Of a stretch of 64,000 nt of DNA, positions 55,103-64,000 are shown piece after piece. The translations under genes and the position numbers were made by a program. How positions within the stretch are numbered: the stretch's first letter is position 1; every line of letters begins with the position of its first letter. Below the pieces are notes generated by a model. The model had not been told where the DNA came from, searched no databases, and saw only the letters and a program-made list of their open reading frames with translations. The DNA is from a virus (taxonomy: Duplodnaviria > Caudoviricetes): the IMG/VR virus record IMGVR_UViG_3300009678_000002, positions 1 to 64,000 of that record. The stretch is one strand, 5' to 3'.

Positions 55103-55954
55103 GCGAATCTATTCGGCATCGAGATCGAGACGGTCGGCATCGACCGCGACGCAATCGCGCGGGCCATCCAGACCGTCGTAGGCGGGACGCTCGATGCGTA
55201 CGCCCCCACGGTGCGCATGGCAGACGGGCGCGAATGGAAGGTGGTCAGCGATGGCTCGCTGGGCTACGGGCCGCATGGCGAGATCGTCTCCCCCAAGCTG
55301 CGCTACGACGAGCTCGACACGCTGCAGAGCATCGTTCGCGCGGTGCGGCGCGCGGGAGCGCGGGTCGACGATAAATGCGGGATCCATGTCCACGTCGATG
55401 GCTCGCGCTTCGATGTCCGCGGGCTGCTCAACCTCGTAAACATCGTCCACAAGAACGAGCGGCTCATCGAGCGCGCGCTCGGGGTCGCGCCGGATCGGCT
55501 GGCGCGATACACGCGCGCGCTGCGCGCCGAGTTCATCACGCGGCTTGAGCAGCGCCGCCCGCGCACGATGTCGGAGTTCCAGCAGGCTTGGTATGGCAAC
55601 GCGGGCGCGCCGAGCCGCTACGACCACACGCGCTACCACGGGCTCAACCTCAACTCATTCTTCTTTCGCGGCACGGTCGAGTTCCGCTACTTCAACGGCT
55701 CGCTGCACGCGGGCGAGATCAAGACCTACGTACAATTCTGCCTCGCGCTGGTGCATCGCGCGCAGACCACGAAGGCCGCGAGCAAGGCTCGCCGCGTAAC
55801 CCAGAACGACAAATGGGCGGTCCGGGTCTGGCTGCTCAAGCTCGGGATGATCGGCGACGAGTTCAAGACCGCGCGCTTCCACATGATGAAGCGCCTCGAT
55901 GGCGACAGCCGCTACGCTGCCGCGCAGACCGCGAGCGATGCGGTGGCGTCATGA
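55088..55954 (+). CDS. Putative amidoligase (COOH-NH2 ligase, Amidoligase_2-like)
   Basis: FGIEIE, WKVVSDGS, EIVSP, CGIHVHV, RYHGLNL, TVEFR. Confidence 0.9.
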   Translation: MDTTQANLFGIEIETVGIDRDAIARAIQTVVGGTLDAYAPTVRMADGREWKVVSDGSLGYGPHGEIVSPKLRYDELDTLQSIVRAVRRAGARVDDKCGIHVHVDGSRFDVRGLLNLVNIVHKNERLIERALGVAPDRLARYTRALRAEFITRLEQRRPRTMSEFQQAWYGNAGAPSRYDHTRYHGLNLNSFFFRGTVEFRYFNGSLHAGEIKTYVQFCLALVHRAQTTKAASKARRVTQNDKWAVRVWLLKLGMIGDEFKTARFHMMKRLDGDSRYAAAQTASDAVAS

Positions 55955-56157
55955 GACGCCTCGAAGAACAAACCACGTACGACGGCTGGCTGCGCGATGA
56001 ATGGCAGCCCGCAATGGGAGAGCACCCGCGGACCGCTGGCATGCGCGACGAGGACGTCACGCGGTACGTGCGCGAGTGGAACAAGAAGGCGAAGGCCGAG
56101 GGCTGCAACACGCGCCTGCGCAGCGTCGAGGTCGACGAGTACGGAGACGAGTCATGA
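55951..56157 (+). CDS. Hypothetical protein
   Basis: ATGA coupled at both ends. Confidence 0.55.
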   Translation: MRRLEEQTTYDGWLRDEWQPAMGEHPRTAGMRDEDVTRYVREWNKKAKAEGCNTRLRSVEVDEYGDES

Positions 56158-56600
56158 CCCCGCTTCTCTATTTTGCCTACGGATCGAACCTCGACGAGGC
56201 CCAGATGCGCGCGCGCTGCCCGAGCGCGCGGCTCATCGGGGTCGCCGAGCTCGCCAACCACGCGCTCTGCTTCGCGGGCTTCAGCCCAGCATGGGGCGGC
56301 GCGGTCGCGTCGATCACGCATCGACCGGGGTTCTACACGCCGGGGGTTCTCTATTCGATGAGCGCCGCCGACATGCGCAAGCTCGACGCCTTCGAAGGTC
56401 ATCCGTTCGTCTACGAGCGTACGCGCAAGCGCATCACGGTCGCGAGCGGGCGCCACGTCTACGCGTTCACGTACGTGCATCGCGGCGGACGGTTCAGCAT
56501 CGGGCCCGGCCCGAAGTATCTCCGCGTGATCGAGCGCGCCTACAAGCGCCACGGGTTCGCCAAGCAGCCGCTGACCATCGCGGCCTGGGGGCTGACATGA
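56154..56600 (+). CDS. Gamma-glutamylcyclotransferase (AIG2-like)
   Basis: YFAYGSNL...LDAFEG. Confidence 0.9.
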   Translation: MTPLLYFAYGSNLDEAQMRARCPSARLIGVAELANHALCFAGFSPAWGGAVASITHRPGFYTPGVLYSMSAADMRKLDAFEGHPFVYERTRKRITVASGRHVYAFTYVHRGGRFSIGPGPKYLRVIERAYKRHGFAKQPLTIAAWGLT

Positions 56601-56989
56601 GAGAGGGAATCACACGCGTATTCGTCTACGGCTCGCTGCTGCGGGGCATGGGAAACCACGGCTTCCTCGAGCGCTCGCGGTTCGTTCGCAGCGCGCGCAC
56701 CGCGCTCGGCTACCGCATGTATTCGCTCGGCGCGTTCCCCGGCGTCGCTCGGGACGTCGGCGGCCAGGTGCTCGGCGAGGTGTTCGACGTCGACGGCGCT
56801 ACGCTCGCGCGGCTCGACCGGCTCGAGGGGCATCCTCACTTCTACATGCGCTCGGTGATCGCGCTGGAGGATGGCGAGCGCGTCGAGACCTACTTGATCC
56901 CGCTCGAGACCGTTGCGCCGCATCGCGCGGTCGTGGCTACAGGTGACTGGCGCGCGCACTGCGCGACCTTGGAGGAGGACCGAACATGA
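56597..56989 (+). CDS. Gamma-glutamylamine cyclotransferase (YtfP-like)
   Basis: VFVYGSL..G..NH...LDRLEG...GDW. Confidence 0.9.
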   Translation: MREGITRVFVYGSLLRGMGNHGFLERSRFVRSARTALGYRMYSLGAFPGVARDVGGQVLGEVFDVDGATLARLDRLEGHPHFYMRSVIALEDGERVETYLIPLETVAPHRAVVATGDWRAHCATLEEDRT

Positions 56990-57234
56990 ACATCACACTC
57001 AAAGACGGGCGCACGCTGATCGGCACGCCGCTTCAAATCGTGAAGCAGATGCGGTCGCTGGCGTTCACCGACCCCGAGCAGACGCTTGGGCAGTACATCG
57101 ACTGGGTCGCGGAGAACGCGCTGCGGTTCGACGACATCGCGCTCAACGTGACCGGCGAGACCGACGAGCAGCGCGCGGACTCGCTCGTGCAAGAGATGCT
57201 GCGCGCGGGTCTCGCGCGGAGCACCGCGAAGTGA
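56986..57234 (+). CDS. Hypothetical protein
   Basis: GGAGG RBS; GT..QIV.QM motif. Confidence 0.65.
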   Translation: MNITLKDGRTLIGTPLQIVKQMRSLAFTDPEQTLGQYIDWVAENALRFDDIALNVTGETDEQRADSLVQEMLRAGLARSTAK

Positions 57235-57494
57235 AAGCGCCCTACCCGACGACGCAGGCGCTCGCCGCGACCATTCGCGCCGATGACGACCGCGCCATTC
57301 GCTACGTGATCGCGACGCTGCGTCGATGCGATGGCAACGTCAGCGCGACCGCGACTGCGCTCGGATGCAGCGTGCGCGTGCTCTACAACTGGCGAGACGC
57401 GAACAAGCGGCTCGCTGCTGCGTTCGAGAAGCATGCGCTGGGGCGCGAAGGCGCTGGGCCGAACGCGACCCGCGCGCGCATGCGGGACGCCTAG
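57231..57494 (+). CDS. Fis-type HTH protein
   Basis: GNVSATATALGCSVRVLYNW. Confidence 0.75.
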   Translation: MKAPYPTTQALAATIRADDDRAIRYVIATLRRCDGNVSATATALGCSVRVLYNWRDANKRLAAAFEKHALGREGAGPNATRARMRDA

Positions 57495-57572
57495 CCGCCC
57501 CCCCCAGAACCCGCCCGAAACCGCCCCAGAAACCCACAAGAGAACGCGCGTTTACGCGATAGTTGCGAAGGG

Positions 57573-57626
57573 CGCTTGTAACGGTCTGCGCCCGCGTGCA
57601 CACTGTTCGACATGGAAACAACGCAA
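57573..57626 (+). promoter_or_regulatory. Leaderless promoter, copy B2
   Basis: TTGTAA-17-CACACT-7-ATG. Confidence 0.65.
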
Positions 57627-57785
57627 ATGCGATTCGCGGTGCCCAGCGAAGCCCATGCATGGCTGCGCGCCAACGGATTCACGCTCAACTGGGCGATCGG
57701 ACGCTGGTACGACGCCGCCGACCGCGCGATGGAAGTTCAGCGCTGGGCGCTCGGCTCGTATCGGATCGTCGAGGTCAAGTCATGA
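57612..57785 (+). CDS. Small hypothetical protein (57 aa)
   Basis: METTQMRF...; manual translation; ATGA coupled to next gene. Confidence 0.55.
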   Translation: METTQMRFAVPSEAHAWLRANGFTLNWAIGRWYDAADRAMEVQRWALGSYRIVEVKS

Positions 57786-57946
57786 AGCGCTTCATCGCAT
57801 TGAGCATTCCCGGGCGGGGCGACGAGCCGGCTGCATGGTTCGTATTCGACCGCGAGACCCACCGCAGCGTTCGCCGCGTCAGTGGCGGATGGACCGATGC
57901 GCGCGATGCAGCGCGCGCAGCTAACCGCGCATGGAGGAAGTCATGA
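57782..57946 (+). CDS. Small hypothetical protein
   Basis: ATGA coupled. Confidence 0.5.
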   Translation: MKRFIALSIPGRGDEPAAWFVFDRETHRSVRRVSGGWTDARDAARAANRAWRKS

Positions 57947-58191
57947 AGCTTCGAATCGGCAGGCGGCTCAACGTCGTAGTTGCATCGCTCAGCGAAGCGA
58001 GCGTCATCTATCAGCGCGAGCGCGACGCATCGGGCGAGGGATGCAGCACCTTCCCGCGCGGTCGGGTCGGCAAGCACACGATCAGCTACAACGGTCGGGT
58101 CTGGCTGGGAGACGTAGTCGTCGAAGAGGCAGCGCGCTACGAGCGCGCGCGACCGAGCTGGATGGACATCGACCTCGCGGGGAAGCCATGA
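57943..58191 (+). CDS. Small phage protein
   Basis: RD.SG.G.STF...ISYNGRVW motif. Confidence 0.7.
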   Translation: MKLRIGRRLNVVVASLSEASVIYQRERDASGEGCSTFPRGRVGKHTISYNGRVWLGDVVVEEAARYERARPSWMDIDLAGKP

Positions 58192-58364
58192 AGCGCAGCG
58201 GCTTCGCATGCATGGAGTGCGGCTATCGGTTCCGCACGATCGCGGCAGCAGAGCGCGCTGCATTCGGCGAGTGCGGCTGCCCCAAGTGCGGCGGCTCGGA
58301 CATCGACATCGCGACGGAGCCCCGCACGGAGGCAGCAGCGCCGAGCACGGAGGCGAAGCCATGA
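58188..58364 (+). CDS. Small Zn-ribbon protein
   Basis: CMECGYRF...CPKCGGSDID. Confidence 0.65.
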   Translation: MKRSGFACMECGYRFRTIAAAERAAFGECGCPKCGGSDIDIATEPRTEAAAPSTEAKP

Positions 58365-58555
58365 ACAGCGTAGCGATAGCCACCGAGATGCGCACCGCGC
58401 TGATTGGCATCGGGTGCTTGTGCACCCATGTCGAGACGAGCTGGCGAGACGGCTCGTCGAAGTTCCTCGTGTGCAACGGACCGGGGAAGCTTCGCCACAT
58501 GCACTCGCGAACGATCGCTGCGGACGGGACCATGACCGTCACTAGGCTGGTATGA
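58361..58555 (+). CDS. Small hypothetical protein
   Basis: ATGA coupled. Confidence 0.5.
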   Translation: MNSVAIATEMRTALIGIGCLCTHVETSWRDGSSKFLVCNGPGKLRHMHSRTIAADGTMTVTRLV

Positions 58556-58791
58556 ACATCGACGACACGGTCAGCATCGATCACCCGACCCGCGATGGCG
58601 GGCGCTCGATCAGCGTCGGGCGCGTCACATGGATCGAGGACTTCGGCGAGTACATGTACTTCGGCTACGTCTGCTCGCTCGATGCGGTGCGCGCGGGATC
58701 AGAGCGCTGGGGCGCGGCGCGCGTCTACAAGAACGAAGCCACTGCGCCCAAATACGCCGCGCGCGTGACGACGATTCAGACAGCGCGCTGA
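58552..58791 (+). CDS. Small hypothetical protein
   Basis: ATGA coupled. Confidence 0.55.
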   Translation: MNIDDTVSIDHPTRDGGRSISVGRVTWIEDFGEYMYFGYVCSLDAVRAGSERWGAARVYKNEATAPKYAARVTTIQTAR

Positions 58792-60104
58792 GCCTTGCCG
58801 CCGCTGAGATTCTGCCAGCGCTCGATGATGACGTCGCAGAACTTCGGCGCGAGCTCAATGCCGCATGCTGCGCGACCGACCTGCTCGGCGGCGATGAACG
58901 CGGTGCCCGAGCCGGCGTAGAGGTCAGCGACCGTGTCGTCGGCGTCGGAGTGGTTCAGGTACGCGTTCGCGTAGAGCTCGACGGGCTTCATGGTCGGGTG
59001 CTCGACGCTGGCGCGCGGCTTGTCGACATCCCAGACGCTGGTGCGATGCGTGCCGAGCATCGGGCGCTTGTGGCGCTTGCCCCATGTCAGGATGATCGGC
59101 TCGTGCTGGTAGTCGTAGTCGAGCCGGCCCATCGAGAACGTTGGCTGGTTCTTTTTCCAGATGAGCACGTGGCGCGCGGGGAAGCCTGCCTCGAGCATCA
59201 TGGCCAGCATGGTCGCGAACAGCTCTGAGCCCTGCGGCGAGCACACGAGCAGCGCGCAGTCGTCGCTCATGACGATCGCGCGCATGTTCACGAACGCTGG
59301 GAGCAGGCGCTCCTTCAGGTCATCGGGCGCGGCGTCGTCGTCCTCGATGTCGCTGAGGTTGCGTCCGCCGCGCTGGATCGAGTTCAGCAGCCTGTTCTTC
59401 GCGCCGATGGACACGCCGTAGGGCGGGTCGGTGAACACGCATGTGGCGCGCGCGTCGGCCATCACGCGCGAGACGCATGCGGGGTCGCGGCTGTCGCCGC
59501 AGAGCAGTCGATGCCGGCCGAGGATCCAGAGCTCGCCAGGCTGCACGATGGGCGTCGCCGGCGGCGCGGGGACTTCGTCCTCGACGACGCGGTTGGCGCG
59601 CGCGATCGACTGCGTGAGCTTGCGGAGCTCCTTGTCGTTCCAGCCCACCGAGTTGGCTGCTGCGGCGTCGTACCGCTGCAGGATCTCCAGCACCTTGCGC
59701 TCGTCCCACTCGGCGAACTCACCGAGCCTGTTGTCGGCGAGCGCCAGGAGGTGGGCTTCACCTTCGGGCAGGTCGTCGCGCGCTCGCACCGGAGCTTCGC
59801 CGCGCTCGGCGGTCCGCACTGCTTCCGGGTGCCAGGTCGCGCGCTGCTCAGCGGTGGTGTTCGACCAGCGCTTGACGAGCTCGAGCGCTGCGAGGCGAGC
59901 GGTGTGCCCGATCACGAGCACGCCGCGGCGCGTCACGAGAGGGCGGCCCCAGCCGAAGCGCCGAATGGAGTCGGCGACCGCTTCGACAGGCCTGCCCTCG
60001 TTCTTCCTCGGGTTGTCGACCCAGGGCTTGACGGTCTTGAGCGGCGCCCAGACCGCGGCGGCATCGGGCGTTGGGGGCGCTGACGCGCGCTGTGGCTTGG
60101 ACAT
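58776..60104 (-). CDS. ParB-like N-terminal domain fused to N6/N4 DNA methyltransferase
   Basis: NPRKN, SIRRFGW, GHTARL, LADNR; HRLLCGDS, FTDPPY, HPTMKP, DLYAGSGT. Confidence 0.92.
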   Translation of the reverse strand: MSKPQRASAPPTPDAAAVWAPLKTVKPWVDNPRKNEGRPVEAVADSIRRFGWGRPLVTRRGVLVIGHTARLAALELVKRWSNTTAEQRATWHPEAVRTAERGEAPVRARDDLPEGEAHLLALADNRLGEFAEWDERKVLEILQRYDAAAANSVGWNDKELRKLTQSIARANRVVEDEVPAPPATPIVQPGELWILGRHRLLCGDSRDPACVSRVMADARATCVFTDPPYGVSIGAKNRLLNSIQRGGRNLSDIEDDDAAPDDLKERLLPAFVNMRAIVMSDDCALLVCSPQGSELFATMLAMMLEAGFPARHVLIWKKNQPTFSMGRLDYDYQHEPIILTWGKRHKRPMLGTHRTSVWDVDKPRASVEHPTMKPVELYANAYLNHSDADDTVADLYAGSGTAFIAAEQVGRAACGIELAPKFCDVIIERWQNLSGGKAQRAV

Positions 60105-60671
60105 CGATCCTCGGGGCGCAGGCGTAGGGAGCACCGCGCGAGGCCGCGGCGGCGGCCGTGCGCTCGTACACGGGGCTTGGATGGGCGAGCACTTGGCCGC
60201 CGGCGCCGCCGACGCCTGAGCCTGGCCAGCGCCATCGCGATGCCCCGCACCTATGAAGCTGCGCGCCGTGGTCACTTGTGGCCGAGCGTGGCCGCGCGTG
60301 GTCGAGCGCACAGTGTCGGCGAGCGGCGGAGATCGAGATCTGATGTCCGCCGGTACCCGGAAACCACTTCGGGAACTGGAGCGGTTCTCGGAGTCCCCGT
60401 CCCATTCCGGTTTGGGACGATCGGCCCGTTGACAAGAGGCGCGCGCGTTTTCCTAACACATGGGTGGCTGTTAGGAATTCGGGTGGTCGAGCAGCCATCC
60501 ATTGCCGGCGCTGCTACGCTCGGCGGCGTTCCTGGTGCTGGTCAACCGCGGGGTCGCTCTCCGCGTAGGACGCTTTTGGCAACGTGGCGTCCGACCCGCC
60601 GGCAATGGAACGCCCCGCGCGCGCTGACTCGGTGACGACTGCGAAGGCGCGCGCGGGGACAACGGCCCGCA

Positions 60672-61163
60672 TCACAGCGAGTCGAGCGCGTCGAGGTCCT
60701 CCTCGGGCACAACCAGCAGGATCTGTTCGAGCACGTCCGGGAAGCGGTCTCGCAGGCGTTCACGCGTCGTGAACCACTGACCTTTGGGCGGGTTCATCTG
60801 GAAGCCTGCGCCCGACTTGCGGAGCCACCTGCGCGCGCGGCGCGTAGTCCAGCGGTCGCCTGGGCTCGTGAGCGCGGCGGCGATCATGCGCGCGGGGATG
60901 AGCTTGCGCAGGCGGAGCGCTTCGAGCGCGTCCTCGAGGGACGGCGATGCGTTGGCGGGCGGAGGCGGCTCGCTGTCAATCCTAGGCGGTTCGACCACGG
61001 TGCGGTTAGGCTCCAGTCCGACGGCATCGAACACCGGACCTGGAGCCCTCGGCGCGCGAGCGTCGGGGGCTTTCGCTTTGCTGTAGTTAGTCCGCGCGGC
61101 CTCCCAGCACTTTTGGATGGCCGGCGGCCTGCGCCGACCCACCCTCGTACGTGTTATTTCCAT
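60672..61163 (-). CDS. Hypothetical protein, possible DNA-binding late regulator
   Basis: C-terminal wHTH-like segment; upstream of the packaging region. Confidence 0.45.
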   Translation of the reverse strand: MEITRTRVGRRRPPAIQKCWEAARTNYSKAKAPDARAPRAPGPVFDAVGLEPNRTVVEPPRIDSEPPPPANASPSLEDALEALRLRKLIPARMIAAALTSPGDRWTTRRARRWLRKSGAGFQMNPPKGQWFTTRERLRDRFPDVLEQILLVVPEEDLDALDSL

Positions 61164-61770
61164 GCCGCATTGGCCCAGCGACAACGGCCGCCTGTGCATC
61201 ACCGGCAAAGCGCCGGATCCGAAACCGCCACGACTGCTTGGAACCCCCGAACGCCTCAACGAGGTCCAGCAGCGACATGGGCACCCCGAACACCGTGTAA
61301 CGCCGCGCGCGCGACTTCCACACGAGAGCCGCCGCGGAAGCGGCTCGATGCGTTGCGCAACGGTGGCAGGAATACTCCTTCACCTTTCTCAAACGCGAGG
61401 GCTTGAACGCGCTGGCGCTGCGCTCCCACTCAAAACCACAAACCAGGCACCGACAGCGCCACCACGCGCCCGTTGCGTCGACGCGTCTTGTTTTTGCGCG
61501 CCCTATCACCAGCACACTTCCAAACTTTTTACCCTCGTAGTTTTTCGCCTGTCGCTCTCCGCGGTTTCTACAGGCGGCGGAGACGATGTCGCCGGTGCAC
61601 GCTCTGCACGCAACGGTGTGGTGACGCAGCGCCTTTGTCGTCACTATCCGCGTGCGCCGGCATCTACAGCGGCACAACCAAAGGGCTGCGCCACGCGCGT
61701 CGCTGCCCTCTCGCCTGATCACGGTCAGGCGTCCGAACGTTTCGCCAATGAGCGTCGGGCCGTTACGCAC
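61087..61770 (-). CDS. Homing-endonuclease-associated CxC Zn-domain protein
   Basis: Two repeats of G..FG.L.VI...W.CRC...C..C; more A/T-rich than flanks. Confidence 0.65.
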   Translation of the reverse strand: MRNGPTLIGETFGRLTVIRREGSDARGAALWLCRCRCRRTRIVTTKALRHHTVACRACTGDIVSAACRNRGERQAKNYEGKKFGSVLVIGRAKTRRVDATGAWWRCRCLVCGFEWERSASAFKPSRLRKVKEYSCHRCATHRAASAAALVWKSRARRYTVFGVPMSLLDLVEAFGGSKQSWRFRIRRFAGDAQAAVVAGPMRHGNNTYEGGSAQAAGHPKVLGGRAD

Positions 61771-63109
61771 TGTGACCCGGGATCTGCGCTGCCACCGCAG
61801 CACGAAGCCATGCGTCGCCGAGATGTCGTCGCTTAGCGAACGCACTAATCCTGGCCAAGCGCAGCGCACCGTGTACGCGCTCCAGCTTCGCCTCGGCCTC
61901 CTCCGGCGTCTCCACCCTCGGGAACTCGTGCCCGCACTCCGGACACTCGCGCGCGCTCGCCGGGATCAGCGCCTCGCACTCCGTGCACACCTTCACCGGC
62001 GCATTGCCCTTCATCTTCGGCACGCCGTCCAGCGAGTGCTCACGCTCCATCTGCGGCAGCCCGAAGCGCAGCGCGTTACCCGCGTGGTCGAGCACGATCG
62101 GCCGCTGCCTCTTGTACGGCCGGAGCGTGCGCCCCGCCTGCTGCAAGTACACCGTGAGGCTCTTGGTCGGCCGCGCGAGCACAACGCATTTGACCGCTGG
62201 CTGGTCCCAGCCTTCGCCCAGCACGCCGTAGTTGCAAACGACCTTGGTTGCGCCGCTGTTCAGCCTGCCGAGGATCGCCTTGCGCTCGTTCGGGTGTGTG
62301 CTCTCGTCGATGTGCTCGGCCTTCACCCCGGCAGCATTGAACCGCGCCGCGATCGTCTTGCTGTGCGGGATGCTGCTCGCGAACACGACGGTTGCGCGGT
62401 TTCGCCCGAGCCGCTTCCATTCGGTGATGATGTTGCCGACCAGCCTGCGGTGGTTCATCGCGCGGCCGAGCTCGCCGACGGCGTAGTCGCGACCGACCGT
62501 CTTGACGCGCCGAACGCGCGCATCCCTGAAGCCGTCGGGCTTGCTGTACACGATTGGCGCGGCGAGGAAGCCTTGCGCGATGAGCTTGGACGCGGACGCA
62601 ATCACGTACAGTTCGTCGAAGCAATCGCGCAGCCCTTTGCCGTCCATGCGGTGCGGCGTAGCGGTCAAGCCGTACACGATCGCGTTCGGGTATTGAGCGA
62701 GCAGCGCCGTGTAGGTCTCCGCTGCGGCATGGTGCGCCTCGTCGACGAACACGACATCTGCGCGGACGAAGTCGCGGCGCGTCACCGTGAGGATGCCCGC
62801 GATCTGGATCGGCGCGTCGGGCCGGATGCGCTCGCGGTGGCCCTTCACCGCGGCGTCTGTCGCCATGAGCACGCCGACGTCTTCGGGTTTCAGCCCGAGC
62901 TCGATCAGGTGGTCGTAGGTCTGCTCGATGATCGTCTGCGCGTGCGCGAGGAACAGGATTCGGCGCCCCCTGCGCAAGTGCCGGCGAATCACGTCGACCG
63001 CGATCACGGTCTTGCCGCAGCCGGTGGGTCCGACGAGCAGCAAACGTTGTCCGGGCGCGGCTTGCAGCGAGCGCCGGACGGCTCTGCGTTGATAGCCTCG
63101 AGACTTCAC
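61763..63109 (-). CDS. SF2 DEAD/DEAH helicase with C-terminal Zn ribbon (RadD/YejH-like)
   Basis: PTGCGKT, DEAHH, GLTATP, EGWD.P, QQAGRTLR, CTEC..CPECG. Confidence 0.93.
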   Translation of the reverse strand: MKSRGYQRRAVRRSLQAAPGQRLLLVGPTGCGKTVIAVDVIRRHLRRGRRILFLAHAQTIIEQTYDHLIELGLKPEDVGVLMATDAAVKGHRERIRPDAPIQIAGILTVTRRDFVRADVVFVDEAHHAAAETYTALLAQYPNAIVYGLTATPHRMDGKGLRDCFDELYVIASASKLIAQGFLAAPIVYSKPDGFRDARVRRVKTVGRDYAVGELGRAMNHRRLVGNIITEWKRLGRNRATVVFASSIPHSKTIAARFNAAGVKAEHIDESTHPNERKAILGRLNSGATKVVCNYGVLGEGWDQPAVKCVVLARPTKSLTVYLQQAGRTLRPYKRQRPIVLDHAGNALRFGLPQMEREHSLDGVPKMKGNAPVKVCTECEALIPASARECPECGHEFPRVETPEEAEAKLERVHGALRLARISAFAKRRHLGDAWLRAAVAAQIPGHSA

Positions 63110-63903
63110 GCGTCCCTCGCTGCGTTCCACAGCAACCCCGCGCCGCGCAGCAGCTCATTGCTCTGCCGGTCGGTGCGGATGAGACCGACGCGCCTGCGCT
63201 CGCGGAGCTCGGCCTTCACGTTCGTGTTCGCGGTGGCGGCCACCTCGTTCTGCATCTGCTCGGTGGTCGTGGCCTCGCTGACGGGCTGGCCTGCCTTGCC
63301 GCGGTCGGCGGCGGCGAGCTCGAGCAGGCGCCTGCCCGCCGGCGTCATGTGGTAGAGCGAGCCGATGCGGCCGACCTTCGCGATTCGCGAATCACGGTGC
63401 AGCGACCACTGCGCGCCGAGGTCGCCGCAGTAGTTCTCGAGCGTCGTGAACGCCTGCACGGCGGTGAGCACGTGCTTGTCGCGCGAGCCGACGACCTCGA
63501 GCTCGACGGTCTCTGCGCGCTTGAGCATCTCGTGCAGGCGCGAGCTCGCCTTGTCGTAGCGCTGGATCAGCCACCGCAGCGGCGTGCCTGGGTTAGAGCT
63601 GTCGTGCTCGGCGGTGGGGAACGCGGTGATCTCATCCTCGGGGTAGATGATCTCGCCGTGCTCGACGTGCGGCCACTCGCTCGGCGTGCGCGAGAGCGTC
63701 TCGAACGAGACGCGGGTCTTGTACTCCCAGAGCAGTTGCCGGCCGACCATGACCTGGTCGCGGAACCACTCGATGGCGCCCGAGCTCGAGAACAGCTCTG
63801 CATGCGTGAGCATGCCGCCCATGGTCGAGCGCTCGAACGCCGCCTGACCGGCGCCGAAGAACCACGTGAGCAGGGTCTGGTCGACTGTCGAGAGCACGTT
63901 CAT
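63106..63903 (-). CDS. Hypothetical protein
   Basis: 265-aa ORF with GGAGG RBS, coupled to the helicase gene. Confidence 0.65.
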   Translation of the reverse strand: MNVLSTVDQTLLTWFFGAGQAAFERSTMGGMLTHAELFSSSGAIEWFRDQVMVGRQLLWEYKTRVSFETLSRTPSEWPHVEHGEIIYPEDEITAFPTAEHDSSNPGTPLRWLIQRYDKASSRLHEMLKRAETVELEVVGSRDKHVLTAVQAFTTLENYCGDLGAQWSLHRDSRIAKVGRIGSLYHMTPAGRRLLELAAADRGKAGQPVSEATTTEQMQNEVAATANTNVKAELRERRRVGLIRTDRQSNELLRGAGLLWNAARDA

Positions 63904-64000
63904 GTGGCCTCCACGGATACGGGAACGTGAGCGCCGAACATGGCGTGTAGCTTCGCGCCTGCCTGGTCCATGTCAGCGACGCCGAGCACCTGCAGGATCC

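Larger units (their letters stand above)
1..64000. mobile_element. Temperate tailed phage genome segment, apparently unintegrated (attP intact)
   Basis: Integrase, terminase, portal, protease, capsid, tape measure and lysis genes; phage-type genes on both sides of the att core; no host housekeeping genes. Confidence 0.95.

Overview
This window is a large part of the genome of a high-GC temperate tailed phage with a long non-contractile tail type organisation. The high GC and the many Cys-rich lipoproteins suggest a myxobacterial host (inference). Left to right it contains: (1) a tyrosine integrase followed by an intact attP-like 3' half of tRNA-Asp; (2) a C5 DNA methyltransferase and accessory genes; (3) a PRPP-synthetase-like plus NAMPT-like gene pair matching the NARP1 NAD+ reconstitution architecture; (4) two small-gene modules driven by a duplicated promoter, the second carrying a structured element closed by a 21-bp inverted repeat; (5) an array of 34 tRNAs covering all 20 amino acids, with a leader-peptide/terminator attenuator, a boxA-like site, a CCA-ended hairpin minihelix and a terminal HNH nuclease; (6) a cassette-like run of small membrane or secreted proteins; (7) a ~32 kb minus-strand morphogenesis and lysis operon that unusually includes several lipoproteins and a 1375-aa signal-peptide protein; (8) an amidoligase plus two gamma-glutamylcyclotransferases under leaderless promoters; (9) a ParB-methyltransferase and an SF2 helicase. 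All calls come from reading motifs by eye; no database searches were run.
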